Source of the DNA: Oscillospiraceae bacterium | GTDB taxonomy: Bacteria > Bacillota > Clostridia > Oscillospirales > Oscillospiraceae | Reading direction: 5' to 3' | Length of the DNA stretch: 64,000 nucleotides | NCBI GenBank assembly: GCA_015068395.1 | Contig: SVKP01000056.1 | Location: 3,844-67,843 of the forward strand | In this document: positions 1-8,667 of the stretch, piece after piece | Layout: the number at the start of each line of letters is the position of its first letter | Numbering within the stretch: the stretch's first letter is position 1 | Notes under the pieces: generated by a model | The model's database searches: none | Told to the model about the DNA's origin: nothing | The model's input: the letters and a program-made list of their open reading frames with translations, nothing else | Made by a program: the position numbers and the translations under genes

Positions 1-438
1 TTCTCCGACCCGTGGTCGCGCAATATGCTTGCCGAGGAGCTGGACAACGCCATGTCGGCGTATTTGGTGGCGCTTGACAAGGAGGACGGCAGCGTCGTGG
101 GCTACGCGGGGCTGTACGTTGTGGCGGACGAGGGCTATATCACCAACGTCGCCGTGCGCCCGGAGTCCCGGCGCGGCGGCGTTGCGGGCGCGCTGCTCGA
201 CGTGCTCATCAACTTCGCGGAGGGCAACGCGCTTGCTTTCCTGACGTTGGAGGTGCGCGCGTCAAACTACGCCGCCATCGCGCTCTACGGCAGCCGCGGC
301 TTCCGCGGCGTCGGACGGCGCACGAACTACTACGAGCATCCCAGGGAGGATGCGATCATAATGACAAAAGTGTTTGGAGACGATACGGATGATGGAAATG
401 AAGCTGGCGACGGAGGAACAGCTGGCGGAGATCTATAA
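1..438 (+). CDS. rimI: Ribosomal protein S18 alanine N-acetyltransferase (5' truncated by window edge)
   Basis: GNAT motifs ITNVAVRPESRRGGVA, LTLEVRASN and GRRTNYYEHPREDAIIM. Frame is open from base 1 (FSDPWSRNM...) and lies upstream of tsaD. Confidence 0.9.
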   Translation, partial: FSDPWSRNMLAEELDNAMSAYLVALDKEDGSVVGYAGLYVVADEGYITNVAVRPESRRGGVAGALLDVLINFAEGNALAFLTLEVRASNYAAIALYGSRGFRGVGRRTNYYEHPREDAIIMTKVFGDDTDDGNEAGDGGTAGGDL

Positions 439-1000
439 GCGCGACCTTGCTGCGGCGTTTCCCCCGGCGGAGCTCAAGCCGCTGCGGGAGATGCGCGCGG
501 AGCTGCGCCGCGGCGAGTACCGCCCGTGGTGCCTTTTCGAAGGCGACGAGATCGTCGGCGCGGCATTTTTGTGGACGTATGTGCCGGGCTTCTGCCTGTT
601 CGACTACCTCTGCGTGACGAGCTCGCGCCGCAACGACGGGCTTGGCTCGCTGTTGATCCAAAAGCTGGTCGAGGCGGAGCGCGGGAACGTGCTCTTCGGT
701 GAGTCGGAGATCGCGGCTTACGCGCCGGATACCGCCATGGCGGAGCGCCGCCTTGGCTTTTACCGGCGCAACGGAGCGCGGCAGGCGTGTTACGACACCT
801 GCGTGTTCGGCGTGCCCTACCACACGCTCTATTGGGCGGACCGCACGCCTGCGGACGAGGAGCTGTGCGCGGCGCATCAGGCGACCTACCGCAGCCGCTT
901 TCCGAAGCTGCTGTACAATCAATTCATCAAGATACCATGGGAGCCGTCGATGGGCGTGCCCAAAAAGACCCCGTGGCTGGAAGTGAAGGAAGAGACATGA
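389..1000 (+). CDS. GNAT-family N-acetyltransferase
   Basis: FDYLCVTSSRRNDGLGS acetyl-CoA motif and RRLGFYRRNG. GGAG RBS before ATG 389. Stop overlaps the tsaD start (ATGA). Confidence 0.8.
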   Translation: MMEMKLATEEQLAEIYKRDLAAAFPPAELKPLREMRAELRRGEYRPWCLFEGDEIVGAAFLWTYVPGFCLFDYLCVTSSRRNDGLGSLLIQKLVEAERGNVLFGESEIAAYAPDTAMAERRLGFYRRNGARQACYDTCVFGVPYHTLYWADRTPADEELCAAHQATYRSRFPKLLYNQFIKIPWEPSMGVPKKTPWLEVKEET

Positions 1001-2025
1001 AGATTTTGGCATTTGAATCGTCCTGCGACGAGACCGCCGTCGCGGTCGTGGAGGACGGAAGAAGGGTGCTCTCCGACGCCATCGCCTCACAGGCGGATAT
1101 GCACGCGCTCTACGGCGGCGTGGTGCCGGAGATCGCCTCGCGCAAGCATGTCGAGGCGATTTCCGCCCTCACTGACCGGGCGCTCGCGGACGCGGGCGTG
1201 ACAAAACAGGAGATCGACGCGGTCGCCGCGACCTATGCGCCGGGATTGATCGGCGCTGTACTGGTGGGGTTGAACTTCGCCAAGTCCGTTGCCTTCGCGC
1301 TCGGCGTGCCGCTGATCCCGGTGCACCATATCCGCGGGCACATCGCGGCGAACTACCTCGCGTTCCCGGAGTTGGAGCCGCCGTTTCTCGCGCTGTGCAT
1401 GTCTGGTGGCAACACGCTGCTCGTCGACGTGGCGGGCTATACGGATTTTAAGCTCGTCGGCGCGACGCGGGACGACGCGGCGGGGGAGTGCTTCGACAAG
1501 GCGGCGCGCGTGCTGGGGCTTCCGTACCCTGGCGGCAAGCCGATGGACGAGCTGGCACGGCAGAGCGAGGGCGGCGTCTACGAGCTGCCGCGCGCGAAGA
1601 TCGAGGGGCACGAGCTGGATATGAGCTTTTCCGGGCTAAAGACCGCGGTGGTCAATCTGGCGCACAACGCGGAGCAGACGGGCAGGCCGCTCGACCGCGC
1701 GGCGCTGGCGCGGGATTTCACACAGGCGGTCTCGGACGAGCTGGTGCCCCGGACGATCCGCGCCGCGGAGCTGTGCGGGCGAAAGACAGTCGTCGCGGCG
1801 GGCGGCGTCGCGGCAAATTCGTTTCTGCGCGCGGACCTGCAGGCCGCCTGCGACAGGGCAGGGTGCAGGCTGTATCTCCCGCCGCTTTCGCTGTGCGGCG
1901 ACAACGGCGCGATGATCGGCGCGCAGGGCTACTACGAGTATCTGGCTGGCGCGCGCGCCGACTGGTCGCTCAACGCCTACGCGACCAGAGAGATCGACGA
2001 CGATATCGTCGCCTATACAAGGTGA
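997..2025 (+). CDS. tsaD: tRNA N6-adenosine threonylcarbamoyltransferase
   Basis: MKILAFESSCDETA, GGVVPEIASRKH, HHIRGH metal motif, GGVAAN and CGDNGAMI. Confidence 0.97.
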   Translation: MKILAFESSCDETAVAVVEDGRRVLSDAIASQADMHALYGGVVPEIASRKHVEAISALTDRALADAGVTKQEIDAVAATYAPGLIGAVLVGLNFAKSVAFALGVPLIPVHHIRGHIAANYLAFPELEPPFLALCMSGGNTLLVDVAGYTDFKLVGATRDDAAGECFDKAARVLGLPYPGGKPMDELARQSEGGVYELPRAKIEGHELDMSFSGLKTAVVNLAHNAEQTGRPLDRAALARDFTQAVSDELVPRTIRAAELCGRKTVVAAGGVAANSFLRADLQAACDRAGCRLYLPPLSLCGDNGAMIGAQGYYEYLAGARADWSLNAYATREIDDDIVAYTR

Positions 2026-2105
2026 CGGCGCGGCGGCTCTCCAAAATGAAACAAAAAGACTCCGGACCGGTTCAGTGAGCAAAAAACTCGGCGGTCCGGA
2101 GCTTT

Positions 2106-2786
2106 TTATACAATCTTAAAGAGTTCGCGCAGGTCGGTGATCTCGTAGTCGACGCGCAGTCCGTTCGGATTCGGCGCGTGCCTGGGATTGAACCAGCAGC
2201 AGGCGAGACCGTAGTCGTTCGCGCCCTGAATGTCGCTGGTGAGCGAGTCTCCGATGACGAGGCAGTTTTCGCGCGTGACGCCGTCGATGTGGGAGAAGAC
2301 ATAGTCAAAATATTCCCGCGTCGGCTTCTGCGCGCCCGCCTCTTCGGAGATGAACGCAGCCTCAAGATAGGGTCGGATCTCCGCGCGCGCGAGCCGTCCG
2401 CGCTGCACGGAAGCGACCGCGTTCGTGATGAGGAACAGCCGGTGCGTCTCGGCGAGCGTTCGGCAGACCTCTATCGAATGCGGCATGGGAAACGCGCAGG
2501 TTGACAGCGCCGCGAGCTGCGCCTTGTTTGCTTCGGCGGGGTCGGCGTCGATCCCGAGCTCCGCAAAAAAGCGGCGGAAGCGCTCAAGCACGATGAAGTC
2601 CTTCGTCGCCTCGCCGCGGTCGAACATCGTCCAGCACACGTCGTTGTGAACGCGGTAGCGGTTATGCAGCTCCTCGGTGTATTCCAGCCCCACGGACTGG
2701 CAGGTCATCCCAAAGGCGTAGCGGTCGGCGCGGTCAAAGTCAAAGAGCGTGTTGTCCGCGTCAAAAAGCAGAAATGGGTAGCGCAT
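2106..2786 (-). CDS. YjjG-family HAD nucleotidase
   Basis: HAD motifs FDADNTLFDF, LITN, QKP and IGDSLTSDIQGA. GGAGG RBS before ATG 2786. Confidence 0.9.
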   Translation of the reverse strand: MRYPFLLFDADNTLFDFDRADRYAFGMTCQSVGLEYTEELHNRYRVHNDVCWTMFDRGEATKDFIVLERFRRFFAELGIDADPAEANKAQLAALSTCAFPMPHSIEVCRTLAETHRLFLITNAVASVQRGRLARAEIRPYLEAAFISEEAGAQKPTREYFDYVFSHIDGVTRENCLVIGDSLTSDIQGANDYGLACCWFNPRHAPNPNGLRVDYEITDLRELFKIV

Positions 2787-2844
2787 GAGCGTCCTCCCTG
2801 AACAGTTTTCACCCACTATAGCACAGTTTTCGCGTTCCCGCAAT

Positions 2845-2873
2845 CACCCCTTGCGCGCCGGGGGCATAGACTG
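2845..2873 (+). promoter_or_regulatory. Putative SigK (mother-cell) promoter of dpaAB
   Basis: AC(2846-47)-N17-CATAGACTG(2865-73) fits the SigK consensus AC-N16/17-CATA-N3-TR. dpaAB is SigK-dependent in Bacillus. Confidence 0.55.
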
Positions 2874-2895
2874 GACGGAAAAGGGGGAATGCCAT

Positions 2896-3720
2896 ATCGA
2901 AACGATCGGTTTTCTCGGCGGCGACGCGCGCATGGCGCATCTCGCGCGGCTGCTCGCGGAGGACGGGTATGAGGTGAGAACGTGGAGCGTCGCGGGAGCG
3001 CCGGACACGGGCCGTCCCGGAGAGGCGACGGAGGCGGCGCGCGTGATCCTGCCCGCGCCGCTGGCAAAGGGTGGGCGGCTGAACGGTACGCCGCTTCCGC
3101 TTGCCGAGCTGTGGCCGCGCCTGCGCCCGGAGACGCCTGCCTACGCGGGCGCGGTGCCGGAGGCGGAGCGTCATCGCGCGGAGGCGCTGGGACTGCGGCT
3201 CACCGACTATCTTGCGGACGAGGCGCTGGCGGTTCGGAATGCCATACCGACGGCGGAGGGCGCGCTTGCGCTTGCAATGGAGCGCCTGCGCGTGACCCTG
3301 CACGGCACGCCCTGCCTTGTCGTGGGCTTCGGGCGCATCGGCAAGCTGCTGGCGCGAAATCTTGCCGCGCTGGGCGCGCGGGTGAGCGTCAGCGCGCGCA
3401 AGAGCAGCGACCTCGCGTGGATCGAGGCGCTGGGCTGCGCGCCGCTGTATACGGAAGGGCTCGCGGGAAAGCTCGGAGACTTCCGCGCCGTGTTCAACAC
3501 CGTGCCGCACATGGTGCTGCCGGAGTCGCTGCTGCGCGAGCTGCCGCGTGACTGCGTCGTGATCGAGCTTGCGTCCCTGCCGGGCGTCGACGCGGAGGCG
3601 GCGGAGCGGCTGGGGCTTGCCTATATTCGCGCGCCGGGACTGCCGGGGCGTTACGCCCCCGAGACGGCGGCGCAGGCGATCCGGGACACGTTATATCGAA
3701 TTTGGAGGGAAGAAACATGA
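2896..3720 (+). CDS. dpaA: Dipicolinate synthase subunit A (SpoVFA); start probably ATC at 2896
   Basis: IGFLGGDARM, NAIPTAEGA, GFGRIGK, FNTVP, IELASLPG and APGLPGRYAPETA. Coupled to dpaB. Confidence 0.92.
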   Translation: METIGFLGGDARMAHLARLLAEDGYEVRTWSVAGAPDTGRPGEATEAARVILPAPLAKGGRLNGTPLPLAELWPRLRPETPAYAGAVPEAERHRAEALGLRLTDYLADEALAVRNAIPTAEGALALAMERLRVTLHGTPCLVVGFGRIGKLLARNLAALGARVSVSARKSSDLAWIEALGCAPLYTEGLAGKLGDFRAVFNTVPHMVLPESLLRELPRDCVVIELASLPGVDAEAAERLGLAYIRAPGLPGRYAPETAAQAIRDTLYRIWREET

Positions 3721-4277
3721 AGCTGGGTTTTGCGGTCTGCGGTTCCTTTTGTAACCATCCGAACATCCTGAAGATCTACGAGCAGCTTGCGGAGCGGCAC
3801 GAGCTGATCCCCATTCTGTCGGAAAACGCGGCGCGGTACGACACGCGCTTCGGCACGGCGGAGGACCTGATCGAGCGCCTGGAGAGCCTCGCGGGTCGGC
3901 GCGCGGTGCGCACCATCGTCGAGGCGGAGCCGCTGGGGCCCTCGAACGCCATGGATGCGCTCGTGATCGCGCCGTGCACCGGCAATACGCTCGCCAAGTT
4001 CTGCAATGGGATCACCGACGGGCCTGTGACGATGGCGGCAAAGTCGCATTTGCGCAACGGAAAGCCCGTGGTGCTGGCAATCGCGACGAACGACGGACTG
4101 AGCGCGAGCGCGCCAAATATCGCGGCGTTGCTGAACCGAAAAAACTACTATTTCGTCCCCTTCGGGCAGGACAACGCCTCCGCGAAGCCGACCTCTCTGA
4201 TCGCGGATTTCGAGCAGATCGAGGCGGCGGCGGAGGCGGCGCTGGAGGGTCGGCAGATACAGCCGGTCCTGCTGTAG
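3717..4277 (+). CDS. dpaB: Dipicolinate synthase subunit B (SpoVFB)
   Basis: GFAVCGSFC, IAPCTGNTLAK, MAAKSHLRN, IATNDGL and FVPFGQD..KPTSL. Confidence 0.96.
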   Translation: MKLGFAVCGSFCNHPNILKIYEQLAERHELIPILSENAARYDTRFGTAEDLIERLESLAGRRAVRTIVEAEPLGPSNAMDALVIAPCTGNTLAKFCNGITDGPVTMAAKSHLRNGKPVVLAIATNDGLSASAPNIAALLNRKNYYFVPFGQDNASAKPTSLIADFEQIEAAAEAALEGRQIQPVLL

Positions 4278-4411
4278 CAAACGCAAATATTATTTGCATT
4301 TACTATAACATATTGATCGCCATTTCGCTCGCCGCCACGCGGCAACCGCGAAATATGGCTGATATAGTAAGCGAGCGCATATGTTAAATTCGCTTACTAA
4401 ATAAACGCAGC

Positions 4412-6346
4412 TTACGACCGGGTCATGAACCCGGCGACGGTGTAGAGCAGCAGCGAGGCGACCGAGATGGGGATGGCGTACGACAGGCGCACGGAGAGCA
4501 CCGTGCGCGGCGCGCAGCCGATTGCCGTGCCGACGCTGAGGCTGTCCCCAGTGAAGACGCAGAGCTTTTCACCCGCGATGCCGGACGCGCAGACCGCGCC
4601 GAAGCAGAGCGGGAGATCGAGCCCCGCCCTGCGCGCGATATGCAGCGCGACGGGAAAGCCGATGACGTACATCGCCCAGGAGGAGCCAAGCGCCATCGTC
4701 AGCAGGGTGAAGAGCAGGAACAGCAGCGCGGGGACAAAGGGGGCGACGGGCGCCATGAACGACACCACGGAGTCGAAAAAGCTGCCCATCGCCTCCTGCT
4801 CGAGCAGCGTGGAGAAGCACATGGTCAAAAGATAGAGGATGATGGGCAGCAGCATGCTCTGCATGCCTGAGACCATATGCTCCAAAAAGGTCTCGGGCGA
4901 CATCAGCCCCTGCGCGCAGTAGAGGAAGAACATGAACACGAGCGTCGCCACCAGGCCGCAGGCGCTGTCTAGCACCACGCTGCCGCTGCGGAGGCTGCGC
5001 AGCGTGACCGACGCGACGCCCAGCGCGAGCACGGGCAGCAGCAGATTGCGCAGGCGGCCCCAGATCTCGCCGTCGTCGTGAGGCAGATACCGCTCCGAGC
5101 CCGCGGGCCAAAGCTTGCCGCCATTCTCCACGCGTTGCTGCGCCTCCCGCAGCACGCGGGTGAGCGGCAGCTTCCCAAAGCAGAAGGCGAGCATGGCGGC
5201 GACGGTTGCCAGCGAGAAGAAGTTGTAGAGGATCGACTTGACAAACAGCGCGACGCCCTGCCCGGAGGTGGCGGCGTTGAGGTTGGAGATCACGAAGATG
5301 CCCCAGAGGGAGAACGGCAGGAACGAGCAGAGCACCGTCGGCAGCAGGCTCAACAGCAGCGCCATCTCCTCGCGGGGCACGCGCTGTTCCTTGGATACCG
5401 TGCGCAGGCTGGCGGAGGCGCAGAGCATGTTCAGGCAGTCGTCGATGGCGGTCAGCGCGAGGATGCCGACCGCGGCAAGGCGGACGTGCGTCCTGTCGTG
5501 CACCGTCTCCGCCATCCGCTTTTTGAACGCCGTCACCGCGCCGGACGCCTCGATCAGCGTGACGACGCTGCCCATCAGCGCCATCACCAGCACGGTGAAG
5601 GCGTTGTCCGGGGCGGACATCGTCGCAAGCAGCGCATCGGTGTAGCCTGCACACAGCCCGCTGTTCAGCGCGAGCAGCGCGGCGAGCATGCCGGACACGA
5701 TCAGCGAGCCCAGCGTGCGCCTGCTGTGCAGGACGTAGGCGAGCATGAACACCATCGGGATGATGAAGACGGGCACCGCGCTCTGCTTCGGCGCGAGCAG
5801 CACCGCAAGCAGGAAAATGAGCGCGACCGCGCCGTAATTGAGCAGCATCTGCTTGGGGGACATCGGGGTCTCCTGACCGGGGACCTGCAAAATGCCGCGC
5901 CGCATGCTCGTAAGCAGATTGAGCTGGGCATGCTTGTTCGAAACCTGGCTGTAAACGCGCTTGATGAGCTCGCCGTAGACGTCCGGGTGACGTTGCAGCG
6001 TTCGCAGCAGCTCCTCGTTGCGCATGCGATAGACCACCGTGCGCCCGACGGAGCGGACGGTCGAAAGCCGCCTCGACTGGGCAAGTACGGCGTACTCGCC
6101 GAAGTACTGCCCGTCGCGCATCAGGTTGATCTGCGTGCCCTCCCGATTGAGCACCGCGGCGGTGCCGGACTCCAAAAAGTACATGCCGTCCGGCTCGTCG
6201 TCTATGGTGCAGATATCCTGCCCGTTTTCGAATTGCAGGCGCTCCAGCCCCTTGGCAATGCGGACAAGCTCGCGCTCGGCGGACTCGCCCTCGCCGAGCT
6301 TGAAGAATTCACGCAGGTATTTTTTGTCGATCTGCTGTTTCGGCAT
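4412..6346 (-). CDS. Cyclic-nucleotide-binding domain fused to NhaC-like (IT superfamily) transporter
   Basis: N-terminal cNMP motifs MYFLESG and GQYFGEYAVL...RLSTVRS, followed by many hydrophobic helices with NhaC-like IDDCLN, VPREEMA, PFSLWG and LGSSWA. Confidence 0.75.
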   Translation of the reverse strand: MPKQQIDKKYLREFFKLGEGESAERELVRIAKGLERLQFENGQDICTIDDEPDGMYFLESGTAAVLNREGTQINLMRDGQYFGEYAVLAQSRRLSTVRSVGRTVVYRMRNEELLRTLQRHPDVYGELIKRVYSQVSNKHAQLNLLTSMRRGILQVPGQETPMSPKQMLLNYGAVALIFLLAVLLAPKQSAVPVFIIPMVFMLAYVLHSRRTLGSLIVSGMLAALLALNSGLCAGYTDALLATMSAPDNAFTVLVMALMGSVVTLIEASGAVTAFKKRMAETVHDRTHVRLAAVGILALTAIDDCLNMLCASASLRTVSKEQRVPREEMALLLSLLPTVLCSFLPFSLWGIFVISNLNAATSGQGVALFVKSILYNFFSLATVAAMLAFCFGKLPLTRVLREAQQRVENGGKLWPAGSERYLPHDDGEIWGRLRNLLLPVLALGVASVTLRSLRSGSVVLDSACGLVATLVFMFFLYCAQGLMSPETFLEHMVSGMQSMLLPIILYLLTMCFSTLLEQEAMGSFFDSVVSFMAPVAPFVPALLFLLFTLLTMALGSSWAMYVIGFPVALHIARRAGLDLPLCFGAVCASGIAGEKLCVFTGDSLSVGTAIGCAPRTVLSVRLSYAIPISVASLLLYTVAGFMTRS

Positions 6347-6586
6347 ACCGCTCCCTTCCGGGCGCGCCGCGCCCGACGGTGAAAATACGAGGAAATTATA
6401 TGGGAACGGGGCAATATTTGCAATAGAAAAAATATGACCGTGCAGGACGCGAATGGTTCACTTATGGAACGAATAGAATATTGACAAAGGGCGGCTCAGG
6501 CGATAAACTAAACCTTAGTCTATTGACGGATGCTTTTCGGCGCGCGTTTACGCAGCGCTGTTTACGATATTTTGGAGGAAAACTGC

Positions 6587-7720
6587 ATGAAAAGGGCCTT
6601 GCCGTTTCTCATGGTCTTCTGTCTGATGCTCTCGCTTTGCGCCTGCGGCGGGAAGACGGAACAGCCTGATGATAGTGGAAACAGCGCCGCAAACGGCGGC
6701 GCGGATACTGTGAATTCCGACGCGGCCAGCGCTGCCGCGCCGCTGAGTCCCGTGGACGGGATGCGCGTCGCGCTGATCCCCGGCGCGGCGGACGATCCCC
6801 TGTACGCCGCCGCGAAGTCGGGCGCGCAGAGCTATGCCGCACAGTGGGGGCTGGAGCTCCGCTGCGCGGACGAGCTGGGGCAGACCGCCGCCATACAGCA
6901 GGCGATGGACGAGGGCGTGAGTGCTATCTGCGTCGCGTCCGACGACGTCCCGGCGCTTCGGGACAAGCTCAGAGAGGCGACGGACGCGGGCATTTGCGTC
7001 TGCACCTGGGGCGCGGACACGGCGTCGGACGTCCGGGCGCTGGCGGTCTCGGAGGGGACGGCGAGCGTGCTCAGCTCCATGCTGGTCGAGATGGGCGTCA
7101 CCTCGCTCCGGGAGCGAGAAAAGGACGTATCGGAGGAGATTTTGTACATCTGGAACGCCTCGCAGGAGGACAACGCCGAGACGAAGGCGTGGTATGCCGC
7201 CGCGAAGGAGTATATCCGGGACAATTATCCCGCGTGGGTGGAGTATGACGGACCGTATTACGCCGACGGCGAGTCCGGCGGCGCGGTCGCCGCGGGGCAG
7301 AGGGCGCTGGAGGAGTGCCCGGGCGTCGATCTGGTGCTGTGCGGCGACCCTGCCGCGCTCACCGGCATGTGCCACGCTGCGATGGACATGGGCATGACCG
7401 CCGCGGACGTGACGATTACGGGCTTCTGCCAGCCGTCGTCGATGCTCGCCTATCTCAGCGCGGGCGTCTGTACGCGCTGGGGCCTGTGGGACTGCGGGAT
7501 GCAGAGCGCCATGAGCTGCTACCTCGCGGCGTGGCTTGCGGCGGGGAATGAGGTCCACGTCGGCGAGGTCGTCAACATCCCACTCATCGGCAGCGTGGAG
7601 CTGCTTGCCAACAGCATTCTGGACCCGGAGGCGGAGACGCGCCCGGTCAACAGCGGCGTCGTCATGCTGCCGGAACGGGTCGTGTTTACCGCCGAGAACG
7701 CAAGAGATTATCATTTTTAA
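6587..7720 (+). CDS. LsrB/RhaS-like sugar-binding lipoprotein (orphan)
   Basis: Lipobox LCAC. Periplasmic binding protein type I motifs, GLWD and a C-terminal GVVMLPERVVFTAENARDYHF resembling LsrB. Confidence 0.8.
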   Translation: MKRALPFLMVFCLMLSLCACGGKTEQPDDSGNSAANGGADTVNSDAASAAAPLSPVDGMRVALIPGAADDPLYAAAKSGAQSYAAQWGLELRCADELGQTAAIQQAMDEGVSAICVASDDVPALRDKLREATDAGICVCTWGADTASDVRALAVSEGTASVLSSMLVEMGVTSLREREKDVSEEILYIWNASQEDNAETKAWYAAAKEYIRDNYPAWVEYDGPYYADGESGGAVAAGQRALEECPGVDLVLCGDPAALTGMCHAAMDMGMTAADVTITGFCQPSSMLAYLSAGVCTRWGLWDCGMQSAMSCYLAAWLAAGNEVHVGEVVNIPLIGSVELLANSILDPEAETRPVNSGVVMLPERVVFTAENARDYHF

Positions 7721-7732
7721 GGAGGAATCGCT

Positions 7733-8113
7733 ATGAAGAAGAGAACGAAGCTTGGGCTTGCCGTGGTGCTTGCCGCGGGCGCGTATGCCGCCGTGAAGCT
7801 GCTCGACAAGGTGGAGCTGTCCGTCACCGTGGAGCGGGACAAGAAGACGCCGGACGAACCCGCGCAGGAGCCGGAGAGCGCCTCCGCGGAGGCTGAGGGC
7901 GCACCGGCAGAGGCGGACGACACCGTCGCGTTTACGCTGAAAAATAAGTATTCCCATCACGTTGACGGGAAGGACGAGCCGATTTACCTGTTCGAGCTGG
8001 AAACCCCGAACGGTGTGAAGGAAATCCCTGTGACCTGGGCGCACTACGAGACCTATTACATCGGCGACGAGGTCATCTGCCGCGAGACCGAAAATGGGAT
8101 CGAGGTCCTGTAA
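7733..8113 (+). CDS. Hypothetical protein with N-terminal membrane anchor and small beta (OB-like) C-terminal domain
   Basis: AAGGAGG RBS, hydrophobic N-terminus, acidic linker and YETYYIGDEV motif. Confidence 0.7.
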   Translation: MKKRTKLGLAVVLAAGAYAAVKLLDKVELSVTVERDKKTPDEPAQEPESASAEAEGAPAEADDTVAFTLKNKYSHHVDGKDEPIYLFELETPNGVKEIPVTWAHYETYYIGDEVICRETENGIEVL

Positions 8114-8138
8114 GGCCCCTTCAGTCGCACAGCATAAT

Positions 8139-8176
8139 AAAAAATCCCTAAATCCGTGAGGATTTGGGGATTTTTT
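8139..8176. terminator. Bidirectional rho-independent terminator
   Basis: AAAAAATCCCTAAATCC-GTGA-GGATTTGGGGATTTTTT between convergent genes. Confidence 0.8.
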
Positions 8177-8191
8177 GTTTAAGGAAATGAA

Positions 8192-8464
8192 TCAGTTCAG
8201 AGCGTCCTTGAGAGCCTTGCCGGCCTTGAAGGAGGGAGCCTTGGAAGCGGCGATCTCAACCGGCTTCTTGGTCTGGGGGTTGATGCCGGTGCGCGCGGCG
8301 CGCTCCTTGACCTCGAAGGTGCCAAAGCCGACGAGCTGGACCTTGTCGCCGCCCTTCAGGGCCTCCTCGACGGATTCCAGAAACGCAGTAAGAGCCTTCT
8401 CGGCGTCCTTTTTGGTAAGCTCACTCTTCTCAGCCATAGCGGCAATGAGTTCTGTCTTGTTCAT
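8192..8464 (-). CDS. hup: DNA-binding protein HU
   Basis: MNKTELI...[24 protein letters not shown]...[12 protein letters not shown] with a GGAGG RBS. Confidence 0.97.
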   Translation of the reverse strand: MNKTELIAAMAEKSELTKKDAEKALTAFLESVEEALKGGDKVQLVGFGTFEVKERAARTGINPQTKKPVEIAASKAPSFKAGKALKDALN

Positions 8465-8667
8465 GTTTGTTTCCTCCAGTATAATTGTTTTCGCGAGACA
8501 CAACGGAATTATTGCCCATTTTATAGGAGTTGTCAAGAGCAATTCCGCAAAAATTTTTCTTTTCTTTCATTTTTCTTTCAATCTTGGCTGTTATGTCGCC
8601 CTCAGGCGAAGAAAAATGTGAAAATTTGGGAGAATTATGTCACTCTGCATGGCTGCGCGGCAGGCTG

